Below are positions 25,442-40,154 of a DNA stretch of 63,974 nucleotides, one piece after another. The stretch lies in NCBI RefSeq assembly GCF_001194135.2, contig NC_068981.1, positions 26,009,864 through 26,073,837 on the forward strand, in the 5' to 3' direction. Position numbers and translations under genes: made by a program. The DNA is from Octopus bimaculoides (taxonomy: Eukaryota). The notes under the pieces are model-generated. The model was not told the DNA's origin, did not search any database, and was given only the letters and a program-made list of their open reading frames with translations. Position 1 is the stretch's first letter, and every line of letters begins with the position of its first letter.

Positions 25442-26838
25442 NNNNNNNNNNNNNNNNNNNNNNNNNNNNNNNNNNNNNNNNNNNNNNNNNNNNNNNNNNN
25501 NNNNNNNNNNNNNNNNNNNNNNNNNNNNNNNNNNNNNNNNNNNNNNNNNNNNNNNNNNNNNNNNNNNNNNNNNNNNNNNNNNNNNNNNNNNNNNNNNNNN
25601 NNNNNNNNNNNNNNNNNNNNNNNNNNNNNNNNNNNNNNNNNNNNNNNNNNNNNNNNNNNNNNNNNNNNNNNNNNNNNNNNNNNNNNNNNNNNNNNNNNNN
25701 NNNNNNNNNNNNNNNNNNNNNNNNNNNNNNNNNNNNNNNNNNNNNNNNNNNNNNNNNNNNNNNNNNNNNNNNNNNNNNNNNNNNNATATATATATATATA
25801 TACATATATCTGTGTGCGTGTAAATTAATTGCTTTCCAGTTTAAATATTTATACTAATTTCAGTTTTACATTTGTACTGATAATTTTTATTACATTTAGT
25901 TAACACATCTGGATCATTAGCGCTGTCTTCCTCCTCCCGTCTGTTTTATTATTATTACGACATTTACTGACGAGAAAAGTACCTCCTCTACTCACCAACA
26001 ATAGCTACTGATATTACGACCCTGTGCCCAGGCATTGTACTAGCAAATTAGCCAATAATTCCTTTCCAATATGTCAACCTACAAGAAACCCCCTCTCTTC
26101 CAACGTTTTCAAGTTGCACCTTGATTTATGGATTTTCTACCTGATAGCCCACCGCATCAATCTCATTAGTTTATGGAAAGCCAGTGAGTATCACGGTTCA
26201 CTACGCTGCATAGTATCATATTATTTGTTGCTCGTAATCTCAAATGCACTTAATCAGAAATACAATCCTCCTTTCTCCGTTAAGCAATATAATGCTAACC
26301 TCCATAGTAAACCAGTAAATGTAAAACGTTGCTAAACTGTAAACTACTGCTCAAGACAAGAGACGTGTTCTTTAGATGGGAACGGGTATATATACATTTG
26401 TAATGGTAAAACAAAACAAATAAACACAGCCACGGAATCACAATACTGCACACATATACAAGCATANNNNNNNNNNNNNNNNNNNNNNNNNNNNNNNNNN
26501 NNNNNNNNNNNNNNNNNNNNNNNNNNNNNNNNNNNNNNNNNNNNNNNNNNNNNNNNNNNNNNNNNNNNNNNNNNNNNNNNNNNNNNNNNNNNNNNNNNNN
26601 NNNNNNNNNNNNNNNNNNNNNNNNNNNNNNNNNNNNNNNNNNNNNNNNNNNNNNNNNNNNNNNNNNNNNNNNNNNNNNNNNNNNNNNNNNNNNNNNNNNN
26701 NNNNNNNNNNNNNNNNNNNNNNNNNNNNNNNNNNNNNNNNNNNNNNNNNNNNNNNNNNNNNNNNNNNNNNNNNNNNNATGGACTTACAAATACACGAACA
26801 AATACACACATACAAAGACTCATACACACACATACACG

Positions 26839-26869
<31 letters not shown>

Positions 26870-27945
26870 AAACACAATCATGCAAACGTACATACATTCA
26901 CGGATACATACATACATACATACATACATACATTCATACATACATACATACATGTGAATACGTGTATGTGTCTGTCTGCGTGATTTAGATCCTGTTCTGA
27001 ACTAAATTTAAAACACGATAACCAATCACATCACAAAACAAATGAAGTTAATATGTCTGTAGTCGAGCTGTATTAAACACTTTCAAAAAAAAAAAAAAAT
27101 GGAATTAAAAGATCATGCCACCTCAATATTTGCTTGTTGGTCTATTTTTGTGTTATAGCAAAACGTAATTTTATTTCTTTTCTAGTTAATTGCTTTTGAG
27201 ATTACAAGCAACTAACAATATAATGTTGTGAAAAAAAAAAATTAAAAAAAGGAAAAGGGAAAAAAATCAGAAAGGAAAACATACACACCAAGAACAGTAA
27301 CTGGCCATATTGTATTTTCGGGAATATTTGGGTGATTTGCTCTTTCTTTTAGCCCCAGTTTTGAATATTTTAACAGATATAAGCTTGAGTACACAATATC
27401 AATAACAGGAAGTAGCTGCCAAGTCCGATAATTCTCTTTCAAAATTCTTTTTGTTCAAAATGACCGATTTAGCATAACTATTGGCGAGCAGCCATACAGT
27501 ATTCGATAGTTACACAAACTTTATTAATATTATAAACGTCGTCAGCATGAAAATCTCACATTTGTTTAAATATTCTTAGTCTAACAAAAGATCGCCAAGT
27601 AAATGGGAACCGTGATTAAACACTGAACAGACAGGGATTTTTAAAAAATCTATATACAATCATCTCAACTCGTCTACAATATATACATTAGATTTCCCGT
27701 CAGAATATTCCTTACAAATACGTGTAAACAGTTGGGTATAAGACATTGTGTGTTTGTATGTGTATGCATGCGCGTGTATGAGTTTGAGTAATCGTCCTTC
27801 GCACTGGGATTATATAGGTGATAGAGGTAGCCTGAAAAGTATAGTAATATCTAATCCAACATTTGGATTCATATGAAGAGTCCAGCGAAACAAATATTTA
27901 ATATAATACACTTATGCATACAGTACGTATACTCCAGCAAGTGCA

Positions 27946-27995
<50 letters not shown>

Positions 27996-28585
27996 CACAC
28001 ACACACATGTATACATACACACACATGTATACACACGCACACACAAACACAAACACACACACATGTATACATACACACACATGTATACACACACACACAC
28101 ACATATATATATAAAGTACACATCCACACATATTCATGATTTTGTTTGCCTTCGATTCTTCTTCAGACCTGCGATGTGTGCAAGGCGCATGATTTCATGT
28201 TACCTCTGATTAATTGCCTGAAAATCAGCGCAAGCTGTTAAATTACCGATGTTTCAGGAAGTGGAGGGGTCCAGGACGAGACATCCCGGAGAATGCCTAT
28301 ATCTGCTCGGGATTTAAAATACCTTAAGCAACCACCACATGCATGGTAGAAGAAACTACCAGGTAGCACTCGTGTGCGTGACATCTAAGCTATAATAAAC
28401 CTTTACATATTTATGCATTACGTAGTATTTACGTAGATAGGGTTATAATACAATCTGTGTCCTCGTGAAGTACATATGCATATTCCAGTACTCCAAAATT
28501 GTTTGTAGATGTACACTTGTGTGAGGCGTGCATGAAAATTGATAAGTACTGCAAAACAGTATTCCCAAAACAGGAACTTAGATAG

Positions 28586-28652
<67 letters not shown>

Positions 28653-29093
28653 ATAAACAAAAGACACATGAATTTAATTTCGATTAGACACCCTATCTGT
28701 TTTCACAGTATCCATATTAGAAGAACATTCATCAATGACACTTCGGGAAGAAGCGATCAAGCATGATTGTTGATATAGTTTCAAAGAAATATCTGATAAA
28801 ATATATATTACATGTTTACATTAAGTGTGCATGTATATCTGCTGCATAACGGAACATATTCAATTTGCGTTATCACCGCAGTGTTCTTTTTACAATTTTC
28901 CTTCATACAACAGTTCATTTTTATCTGCGCTTGATTTCGATATATAATTTCCGTCAATCCTTGATTTCATTTACCTCCCAGTATTATCTATCACGTTTTC
29001 AATAATTCTAAACGTTTTACCATTTAACCATCAGACCGAAATTTGGAGAGTGTACGGTCGAATAATTCGCCCCCAGTACTCGCTTGATACTCC

Positions 29094-29148
<55 letters not shown>

Positions 29149-29417
29149 AACAAAATTAAGGGATCAGCAACAGGTTGCTTCACCACATACCGAAGTTCAG
29201 AAATAGCAGCTAAAAATGCTGAAACTCCAACAGATAGCAGCTACCCGCAACTCACATAGGCAAGACAAGAAGAAAAATAACGAACTAAACTATCCATAGT
29301 TAATCATATACATGTTTCTGGTTTAGAAGGAAAAACTCTTCATTACCTCATCGGTATGATATTCCTGTTGTAAATTCGACGATACTGGCAAATGTGCATG
29401 CATGATCTAGCGCCATC

Positions 29418-29583
29418 ATGGCAATCGACACATTTTGAAAGTATCTCCAAATCTACATAGGCGAGCCAGCCACAGATTTTCTGCGGTACCGCCTGCGACG
29501 CACATGGTAATTCTTGAGGGAAGATGATGAGCTGGCCCGCTTATGTAGATTTGGAGATACTTTCAAAATGTGTCGATTGCCAT
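29418..29583. repeat. 53-bp inverted repeat with 60-nt spacer
   Basis: 29418-29470 pairs with 29531-29583. The outer 42 bp are perfect and the inner 11 bp have two differences. Confidence 0.95.
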
Positions 29584-32254
29584 TAATAGGAATAGTTTTC
29601 AATTTTATATCTGTACTGGTTCATTGAATATACCTTGGGATGAAAAAGAGAAACTTAATTCAATGCAATTGATTTGCTGATTCAGATCAATTTGAGGTTA
29701 AACAAGGGCGCAGCTAGGGTTTCTTGTTAGTTAAATGATTGGAAAATATTCAACATAAATGCACAGTGCAAGCATTTTGCTTTTCATATAACCAGCCTTT
29801 TAACTATTGCTATAAAATGTTACTATTAAATACTTTGTTACACCTGTAACCACTAAACACAAACTACTAGATATATATAAAAATATTAATGTTTATTCGG
29901 TAGCTGAATTATAATCTTCTTAAAACTATATTACTGCTTTTAAGTGTATTTCTTGGTTGATATTTCTTTTATGAATTCTATGAGGATTGTCACTTTTCTT
30001 TTCTCCTTTGGTCAATCGTTTTGTTTATTATTCCAATAAAGTAATATAAACTATAAAATAGCAATTATATTGACAATTCAGCTACTTTTATGGGAAATGG
30101 AATCGTAATCTAATAAGGAAGATTATTAGAAGTGACAGTCAAATTTACCAATTACTGCGTATAAATATTAGTTTTATCGGAAATAAATGTTGTAATCAAT
30201 ATCATTAGAAAACTATTTATTTTATACTTTCTCAATTATAATTCTTGAGTATGAACTATAATGCGACAATAAATTCTTTAAGTGGCCAAACGAAGGTATT
30301 TTCTGTGAGTCTCGAATGGTTAACAGGTTTTTGAAATAGATATAAAAAATGATGGTACTTTCGCGTTACATCTATTGCTCTTTAAATAAGATTTTGCAAA
30401 AGTATGTTGCAGAAAATGAATGAATTATGAAAGCCTTTCAAATGTGAACATTTGTAATTGCTTTGTAGGTGCATATTGCAATCTGGTAATGTTATAATAC
30501 TAAACCAACGAAATATCCATAGATGTGTTCTTGCAAGTCAATCACAAAAGTCTAATTGCCAATAACATGAACACGGGATTTCCGAGTTTGAGAGGAGTAA
30601 GCAAAAAAGTAAGTTGCAATCCAGTGAAATACCTTTGAAAGCCGAATTGATTGCTAAAGTGTAGCCTTCACAAACGCAAAATATTTCAGAGTCGGAAAAA
30701 TAGTTTCGCCAGATCATTTAAGAAATTATTGCGTAATAGAACATAAAGAAATAGTTGACTAATGCTAGCAAATGCATTATTTTCCATAAATTGCTTAATT
30801 TAAAGTCAGTCGACTTCCCAGAAACATCAGAAAAATCCCCTTCAAATTACAAATTACATTCTATAAAAAAAATTGTTGTTGTAGTCCTCGATACAGTATG
30901 CAGATAAAATGCGGTATAATTATGGTTGGTAGTTATCTGTTGATATTTCTATCAGTGTAATTTTGCCATTTGTCAAGCTGTTAAAACCTAAACACGGTCC
31001 ATAAATTTACCGCAAATATAACTCATCTTATGGATATCAAAATAAAATAAACCAACTGTTGAATGATTTATGTGTCTTCTTGTTTATCTTTAAGTTCTGC
31101 TAAGGTGTATTTTTTAACATGCAGATATGAGGAAAAATCTCGCTCCTGATATTTCTTAGGGTTTAAAATTCTTTTAATGAAATTCAGCTTTATAAGCGAG
31201 CGTATTAAACATCTTTTTTTTTTACCAGTTAATGTATGGTTTGGTCATAGAAATAGTCTTCTGTTTGATGTTGCAACTGACTTTCTCGTCCTGAAGTCTC
31301 TAGATTATTGCCGTGGGAAATATTGCATATTTCCTCTTGGGGTATCGAGAGGTTGAAAGATGGTTGTTATGTCTGTTTTTAACTCAGCCCTTTCACTGAC
31401 CCAACGCTTGGAGAGAGTAAGTCATACACAGAAATAAAACTCACATATACGAATGTACACACATGCATCATTCATATGTACCCCCTCACACACACACACA
31501 CAAACACACACGTGTACATATTCTTACGCCTCGTATACCATATACGCATTGTTTCATTAAAACATATATTACACACTGTACAATAATTTAATTTTGTTAA
31601 TATTACGCCAATTTAAAATCTTGCTATGAAATGTATGTAAAACCTTTATCAATAAGTCAACCCGTCACCTCTTTTGTCTGATATTTCAATGTAGTATTAA
31701 AGAGAAAATAATTAATAAAGAATAACAAACAATTGTGAGCTCGTTTGCGATCTTTCAACGGGTTAGATAATTGTTCTAAATAAAAGAATTCAAGTATACA
31801 ATAGATCCACCACATCTTAATTTTTTGCAGTAAAAAAGTCTAGACATCTTTTGTTGCTTGGCAAACTTTCAAGTAGATTCCAAACGCCAACATAAAATCT
31901 CCGAAACCATATGTCTTATTTACTTTGTTACATATACATATTATTTGATATTAAGTTTCGTCCTATGTATATTATAAATCTAGTTTCTGTACGTTTACAG
32001 GAACATTAGTTCATTCAACTCCGCATTTTATTAGTGTATTAGTAAACCAGATGCTGGATGATGACAATAAACACTGTGTTCCGATCCAAATTGGCGAGAA
32101 TAATGTGACCAATAAGGTAGCTAGGGAAGCTTAATCTCCGCAAAAGCGCCAGCAATAATGTGAACCCTGATTAAAGCCATTCAAATAGCATTTCTTAGTG
32201 GTGTTATCTGATTTCTGTCTATGTCAGCCATGTTTAGGGGAGAACAACAAAAAC

Positions 32255-32930
32255 AACAAAACAGACTTGCATTCACCGTAGAGGTCATTGTGCTGGATCT
32301 TTTGAAGCCACGTTTCTGCTAGTCCTTTGATCCCACTCTGATATCAGTTCTTATTCAAGGCGAAGAATCTTCCACTTCCAGTTGGTTGATGAAGTGCTGC
32401 AAGCGTAGGAAGTGAACCATGGATCGGAATTAATAATAATCCGAGGGAGCTAGATGCAGACTATATGTGAGGCGTAGCATGAGTTCGATTCTCTCAAGTT
32501 CCTGGAGTTTATTCCGATTTGTTCGAGTGGTATGAGGTCTTGCGCTGTCTTGCTGCAGAAGAGATCGCTTTCAGTGAAACAATGTGGGGTATATATGCCA
32601 CACAGTGGCAAACATTCGGTCCAGCTCTTCGGGGAACAGGTTGGTATTGATGGTTAGAGCATCTGGAACGAACTAGTAGTGAAATATCTCCTCATAATTC
32701 CACCAGGCGTAGAACATCATCTTTGTTCGAACCACCCACGTTTGGCGACATGATTCGGAATTTACCCTCTGCTTATCAACTGCTTGTACACGTTAGGATT
32801 GTGGAACAATACCTCCCTTGGATTATTACTTGTTCACACCCACGGTTCACATTTTACGCTCGCGACGCTTCATAACCCGAAAAGATGGGGAAGCTTCAGA
32901 GAAAGAGCTCTTCGCCGTGAAGTACTCCTT
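32255..32930 (-). mobile_element. mariner transposase pseudogene fragment
   Basis: Minus strand gives MMFYAWWNYEEIFHY...TINTNLFPEELDRM, then LAPSDYY-FRSMVHF (YSPDLAPSDY motif) and QSGIKGLAETW. These are typical of mariner transposase C-termini. Confidence 0.8.
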
Positions 32931-33547
32931 CAATGAATATACATAATACATATACGTGTGTGTGTTTCTATGTGTCTGATATATGTGTATGTGTGTGTAT
33001 GTGAGTGTGTGTTTATTATCTGGAATAAAATCAGAAAAATTCTGTATACATCATCCATGCCGTATATCTGTGCAATCTATATTCATATGCCTCCAAAACT
33101 ATCCCAGTTTATACATGCTTAACAATCCCGATGATGTCATGGTCGTACTTTTACATGCATGCAACTATGATATGTGCATAGGCATGTGCATTTCAAACAC
33201 CTACGTGTCACCATTTTAGTTAATTCAGCCGCATTTTATGTGTACATACGGATGATTATTTATGTGTATGAGAAATCGAAGCCTGCGCAACACAAACGGA
33301 TATGCGCGTGAATAAATAAAAGTGCAAATATATCCATATTCATATGAGCGCAAGCATATATAAGCATATATTTTAGCTAAAATGGAAAAATTTTGAAACA
33401 AATTTGTCTCCATTTAACCTCAATAGAATTAAATCTTATGGTAAATCAAATTTCTTTAACTAGTAATCTATACCATTTATTCTTTATCGTCTCTTCTACG
33501 TAGTTAAACATACAATCACAACGCCACTCAGTTGTGTGATGAAAAAA

Positions 33548-33586
<39 letters not shown>

Positions 33587-35129
33587 AATAAACAATAAAT
33601 ACTTATCGGAAAGTAATATTTCATTTATTTTCATGATATTCTTCATAATAACGACTGACTTTATCATTTAACCAGAACCTTATAAGACTTCTCAGAAATA
33701 CCAACCATTAAACTCGGTCTATGAAAAATTCCAACATGTATTTTGTCGTATTTTTAGATTTCATGGTTCTCATTACAAATTAGGATATATTTACACATAC
33801 TTACACACACATACGGAAACACTTACGCACATATGCAGACACACACTTACACAATACAATGTTCCCACCATTTAGCTATATTCATTCTGACATGCAAATT
33901 AAAGGAGTATAACGAGGTTTTCAGCGCCCTATTAAAAGCGAGCGTCTTGCTCCGAACATGTTCACTCAAGGACATTTTTACGTCGCTTATTCTCGTTTTC
34001 GTGAGCTCTTTCTTCTTTGCATTTTATTAGTTTTATTTTTTTGACATTTATCTTGAAAAATTATATCTACTGTATGATTATGTTCTAATATAGTCTCCAC
34101 TGATATTTGCATTTTAGAGCTGTGAACCTTGGAGTAAGGGATAGTGGATATTTCAGTAAATTATACAGACAGTACAACTCTACATCACGTATTGAGCATT
34201 GGGTAGTCTATATGCCCCTATGTTCTACTTATGACCATTAATTTATCTCTTTTTCGTTGAACAAACAAAATATGCGCTCAGCGTATTTTATTGGAGTTGT
34301 ATGAATTTTAATAACAATTCAGCTCAAATTGTTATTTACTACAAACACACACAACACACAGACACACTCACACACTAACGCATACACATGTATACATACA
34401 TATACATGCATGTCTGTCCGTCTGTCTGTCTGTCTGTCTGTATGTATATATGTAAACTCCATCCTGTCAACACCTCAGATGTAAAATACTTCTCTTATGT
34501 AAAATACTCCCCTGAAGACGGAGGCGGGTGGTGTTATCCGATAATGGATACAAGTAACTATCATTCTTCCAGACCACCAAGGGCCATGAAACACCTTTTG
34601 GACTCATAAAACTCAACTCATTTAACCTCTTGATATCATCTATATTCACTAAATCGGACTATTTCATATCAATACACATGTACATTTTTACTATTAACTG
34701 AATTTAATATTCTGTATAAATCGACTTGCCAAACTTGCTTGTCATTACATTTACTCCTCAACTGGCTCAATTTAAATCTCTTGAGCACTTCGAACTGTAT
34801 TGTATATGGAGAGTACCCCTCTCTCTTTCTCTCTTTTTCTCTCTCTTACTCTCTCTTTCTCTTTCTCTCTCTCTCTTTCTCTCTCTTNNNNNNNNNNNNN
34901 NNNNNNNNNNNNNNNNNNNNNNNNNNNNNNNNNNNNNNNNNNNNNNNNNNNNNNNNNNNNNNNNNNNNNNNNNNNNNNNNNNNNNNNNNNNNNNNNNNNN
35001 NNNNNNNNNNNNNNNNNNNNNNNNNNNNNNNNNNNNNNNNNNNNNNNNNNNNNNNNNNNNNNNNNNNNNNNNNNNNNNNNNNNNNNNNNNNNNTATATAT
35101 ATACATATATATAAAATACAAAAATGAGA

Positions 35130-35950
35130 CAAGAACGCAAAACATTCAAACAGTTAAATGATACGAAGAAGTGACAACAAAACATCCAGATAGACGATAC
35201 AAAGAAAACAAGGACGGGTCATTCGGAGTTTTCTTTCCTCAGTCGAGTTCCAGATCAGGCTCGGCCGAACACCGATCACGTGGGGGAGAGAAGAGAGAGA
35301 GGTAGAGGCAGAGGAACAGAAGAATTAAGGAGGAGCGAGAAAAAATGACAGGGTCACAGTCAAGTGAAAAGAGGAGGGAAAGTGAGCAAGAAGAGAAAGC
35401 AAGGAAATGTGAGAGAGGGGAAACAAAAGAACGAAGAGTGGAATGAACGAAGAAGCATTAAAGGGCTGAGGCCAAGCCTGATCTTTCTTTCTTAGTCCGG
35501 CCGTCGTCCATCCAACATCTATATTCTTCCCTGTGCCTGTGAAATTTTGTATCCCTACCATAAGGCTTTATTTCCACACACACCTGCTTAATTTATTTCG
35601 TCCTTAGTCGAAAGGCACCTGTTGTTATGTCCTGCTATTTGTATTTGTGTACCATTTCTCCGTTTTTTTCCGTCCTTCTTTTGTATGCATTCGCTGCTTC
35701 TTCCAAGGAATCTAATGCACTTAGCTTAGTTTTTTCTTGGGGCTGGCCAGATTGGACAATCTTGAGTATAACCAGCCGAAATTGCAAAGATAATCTGGAA
35801 CTCGACTGAGGAAAGAAAACTCCGAATAACCCGTCCTTGTTTTCTGTGTAACGTCTATCTGGATGTTTTGTTGTCCCTTTTTGTATCACGTAGCTGTCTG
35901 GATGTCTTGCTTTCTGTATGAAAACTGTCAATATTACTCCGAGCACACGC
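35130..35950. mobile_element. repeat with 83-bp internal inverted repeats, probably a Penelope-like terminal structure
   Basis: 35173-35255 versus the reverse complement of 35793-35875 is 80/83 identical. The segment is flanked by (TA)n and gaps. The class assignment is inference. Confidence 0.45.
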
Positions 35951-38217
35951 GATATATATATNNNNNNNNNNNNNNNNNNNNNNNNNNNNNNNNNNNNNNN
36001 NNNNNNNNNNNNNNNNNNNNNNNNNNNNNNNNNNNNNNNNNNNNNNNNNNNNNNNNNNNNNNNNNNNNNNNNNNNNNNNNNNNNNNNNNNNNNNNNNNNN
36101 NNNNNNNNNNNNNNNNNNNNNNNNNNNNNNNNNNNNNNNNNNNNNNNNNNNNNNNNNNNNNNNNNNATATATATATGTATATACATACACATACATACAA
36201 GCGTGCATGCATGCATTCATACATAAACATATACGTAGATGCATACACACATAAAACAAAACATACAAATCTGCACGTATACATGCATACATACAAAAAT
36301 ACTCTGTTGATGTTGAAATTCCAATGAAGGAGTCTTGGATCTAGATTAGAAACTGGCTCTTTCTCTATTGGCAAGAAATCTTGAAATAAAACTGAATAAT
36401 GACATATATACACATATACATAATACGTACATACCTACATACACACATACATACATACGTACATGCATACCTGCACACATTCATACTCACTCACCTACAC
36501 AAGCATTCGTGGTCAACAAGAGAAAATGCTGTTAGCTATTTGGGTTTTCTTAGAAAAAATCAACGGAAGATAAATAGATACTTTTCGCTATAGTTTGACT
36601 TTGTCACGCTTCGTAACATAAAATCTGTGTATTAAAGATTAAATTAAACTGAACATATATTCAACTATATTGCATCATGAAATTTCTATCAGTTCATTAT
36701 AACCACACACAAACACACATAAACTTCGGAGTGTAAATTCACATCATTTGAGCACTATACACACGTACATATTCAAACACACATGAACATACACACATAT
36801 ATTATTTATATTCATGGTACCTGCATATATGTGGACATCTTCATTAATACCAATATTTATATATACATATATATACACACACACACAAACATATATATAT
36901 ATATACACATACATATATATACTCACACACATATAGACGTAGACGTCTGCATTCATGCCACTATATGTGGTGTGGGTGTGTTCGTGTGGTGTGTGCGTGC
37001 GTGTGTATGTGTGTACGCGCGCGTACTTACTTGATTGTGTGAGTACAAATCTCAGTATATATGCGAACACACGTATGTATACATCCGCATACTTTCATGC
37101 AAACACACACTACATACATTGGCCAGCTGATTTTCGCACATCCGGTAGACAGTCGGACTAGACACTTAATGATATCGAGTAACACTCGCTGCTCATTATT
37201 TCTGAAATAAGAAAATATAGAGCGAAATACGTGAACATAGTAATTGAAACGCAGTCTGGGTAAAAACGGGAATTAGTCTTTTTTTTTTTTTCTTTATCGA
37301 AGATATCTGGTGGCAAGACATTTATGTGGTATTGCTTCCTTTGTTTCTTCAAAGTTTTTATCATTACTTGCAACGTAGTGGAAGAATTACATATTTCTTG
37401 TTTCTTTCATGAAAATTGCTTGATATGTCTTCTCTTCTACCGGGTACTAGTAGAGCTTTAGTTAAATACATTTTGGTAGCTTTTTTTACATGAATATTTT
37501 CATTGAGTACTTTGTTACATTCGTTTAAATACAGGTCTGTTACTTTAATTATAGTATGGCTCTTTACCGTTTACCATTTACATGTTTCAATATTTTAAGA
37601 CAATGCCCCCATACTGGGGCACGGCTATCAAGGGTTTTAGCCGAACAAGTTGACTCTAGTACTTACTTTTCACTTTCATAATTATTCTATTGGTTTCGGT
37701 CGAACCGTAAGTTACAGGGATATAAACGAATCTGCATGGGTTCCCAAACGATGGAAGGAGAAAAGAGACAACCCAAATATATATATATATATATATATAN
37801 NNNNNNNNNNNNNNNNNNNNNNNNNNNNNNNNNNNNNNNNNNNNNNNNNNNNNNNNNNNNNNNNNNNNNNNNNNNNNNNNNNNNNNNNNNNNNNNNNNNN
37901 NNNNNNNNNNNNNNNNNNNNNNNNNNNNNNNNNNNNNNNNNNNNNNNNNNNNNNNNNNNNNNNNNNNNNNNNNNNNNNNNNNNNNNNNNNNNNNNNNNNN
38001 NNNNNNNNNNNNNNNNNNNNNNNNNNNNNNNNNNNNNNNNNNNNNNNNNNNNNNNNNNNNNNNNNNNNNNNNNNNNNNNNNNNNNNNNNNNNNNNNNNNN
38101 NNNNNNNNNNNNNNNNNNNNNNNNNNNNNNNNNNNNNNNNNNNNNNNNNNNNNNNNNNNNNNNNNNNNNNNNNNNNNNNNNNNNNNNNNNNTATATATAT
38201 ATATATATGTATATATA

Positions 38218-38420
38218 TTCTTTTATTTGTTTCAGTCATTTGACTTCGGCCATGCTGGAGTACCGCCTTAATCGAGGAAATCGACCCTAAGACATTCGTT
38301 GCAAGCCTAGTACTTATTCTCTCGGTCTGTTTTGCAGAACCGCTAAGTTACGGAGACGGAAACATACCAGCATCGGTTGTCAAGCGATGTTGGAGGAACA
38401 AACACAGACGCACAAACGCA
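38218..38420 (-). mobile_element. SINE family B 3' half
   Basis: TTTCAGTCATTTGACTTCGGCCATGCTGGAG...TACTTATTCTCTCGGTC...CCGCTAAGTTACGG is the reverse complement of 45430-45612. Confidence 0.8.
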
Positions 38421-39261
38421 CGCTCGCGCGTTTTTCGTAACCACACATCGATACCTACGATCTTCTTAAAATTAGCGATCGAGCTCTAGCAGCTTTCTTG
38501 AGAAGATTACTATGTAGCGTGTGCAGCACACTTGTTACAGAAATTCGTGACGTGTTCCACATTTGTTAACGATGCTGCACAAAGGACAGGTCTGTCTATA
38601 AAAATACATGTTTCTTGTAATACGTGTTTCGTTTGTCTCAAATCACACCTTGCCTACATTTTTGTAAAGGAATTTCGCGTTAGGTAATATAGCCCTAGAT
38701 ACAATACTCATGTAAATGAATCATTTTGGTCACGCTATTTAAATCAGTACTAATGTGGGGCATAACAACTGCAGTCACATCGACAGCGACAGCAGTAACG
38801 ATAACAAAAGAAACAACACCGAAATCATTTGCAACAACAACAACAACAAAAATAGCAACAGCAGCAGCAGCAGCAGCAGAACAATAAAAACAACCGCAGC
38901 AGTAATAATAACAGCAGTAACAACATCAACAAACTATGGTGGAATTAAATTTCAGCGTTTCTGAACATATCTGACACTCTCGTAATTTATAGTGAGCTTC
39001 AGCCACGTGCGTGCTAATGATTTTCACAGATTCCACAGGAGGCTGTTGAAAGATGTGTATATATCTGTAGCGGCGTAAACAGCTCAGTATTGCTAGTGAC
39101 AAGTTGAGAAGTGACGAAATGGTGACACTTCAGTCACTAATCATACATCTATCAATACTACTTGATGCGAGAAACCAACGAGTACAGTTGTAAGTTTACG
39201 TGTGAGTCTGCAAGAAATAGCAACCAAATATATCGCCAATCATATGCTAGAACATTTTTGT

Positions 39262-39428
39262 AAAATTCATATAGCTGTTTAGATGTTTGTCTCTCAACCA
39301 CATAATTCCGGTTTCAGTCCTACTGCGCGGTACCTTGGGCAAGTGTCTTCTACGGCAGCCTCGGGCCGACCAAAGCCTTGTGAGTGGATTTGGTAAATGG
39401 AAATTGAAAGAAACCCGTCGTAAATATA

Positions 39429-39476
<48 letters not shown>

Positions 39477-39760
39477 AATAATATATGAGTATATGCATAT
39501 ATACGTACATATATGTACATACCTACATCTACATGTATATATAGATGCATATCTGGGTACAGGACGTTGCAAACAAACGTGGACAAAATGATAAACGGAG
39601 TGCAGAAAACACACAGGCCACATAGAGAACATTTCCTTCATCAGCTGATAGAATTAGCACTAGGCTTACAAAGAATAAGTCCTGGGGTCTATTCTTCAAC
39701 TGAAAGCCGGTGCTCCAGCATGGTCAAAGTCAAATGACTGAAGGAAATAGAAGAATAAGA
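39262..39760 (+). mobile_element. SINE family B with a foreign ~170 bp repeat inserted at its internal (TA)n
   Basis: The 5' half spans 39262-39425, followed by (TA)n and an insert at ~39472-39645 homologous to 46270-46435 and 57590-57745. The SINE tail resumes at GATAGAATTAGCACTAGGC. Confidence 0.75.
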
Positions 39761-40056
39761 GAATATAATTTACTCATAGGTGCATATATGATATTGGAAT
39801 AAGAGTCCAAATATTCACAGTTAGTATGTCTTTGATAAACGATGTACTCAAACGTGACGACAATGTTAAGATCATAGATCTGCTCCTGAAGTACTGACAT
39901 CGCTTATAAATAAAAGTAACACACAATTATCCTTTTTTTCTGGGAATCGATTAGCTATCGGTTTTCGTTATACACATAAGATACTTCAGAAGAGACCAGA
40001 AATAATTGTTTATTTCAACAAATATATGAAAGGTAAATATTTTATCAGCAATGTGT

Positions 40057-40154
<98 letters not shown>

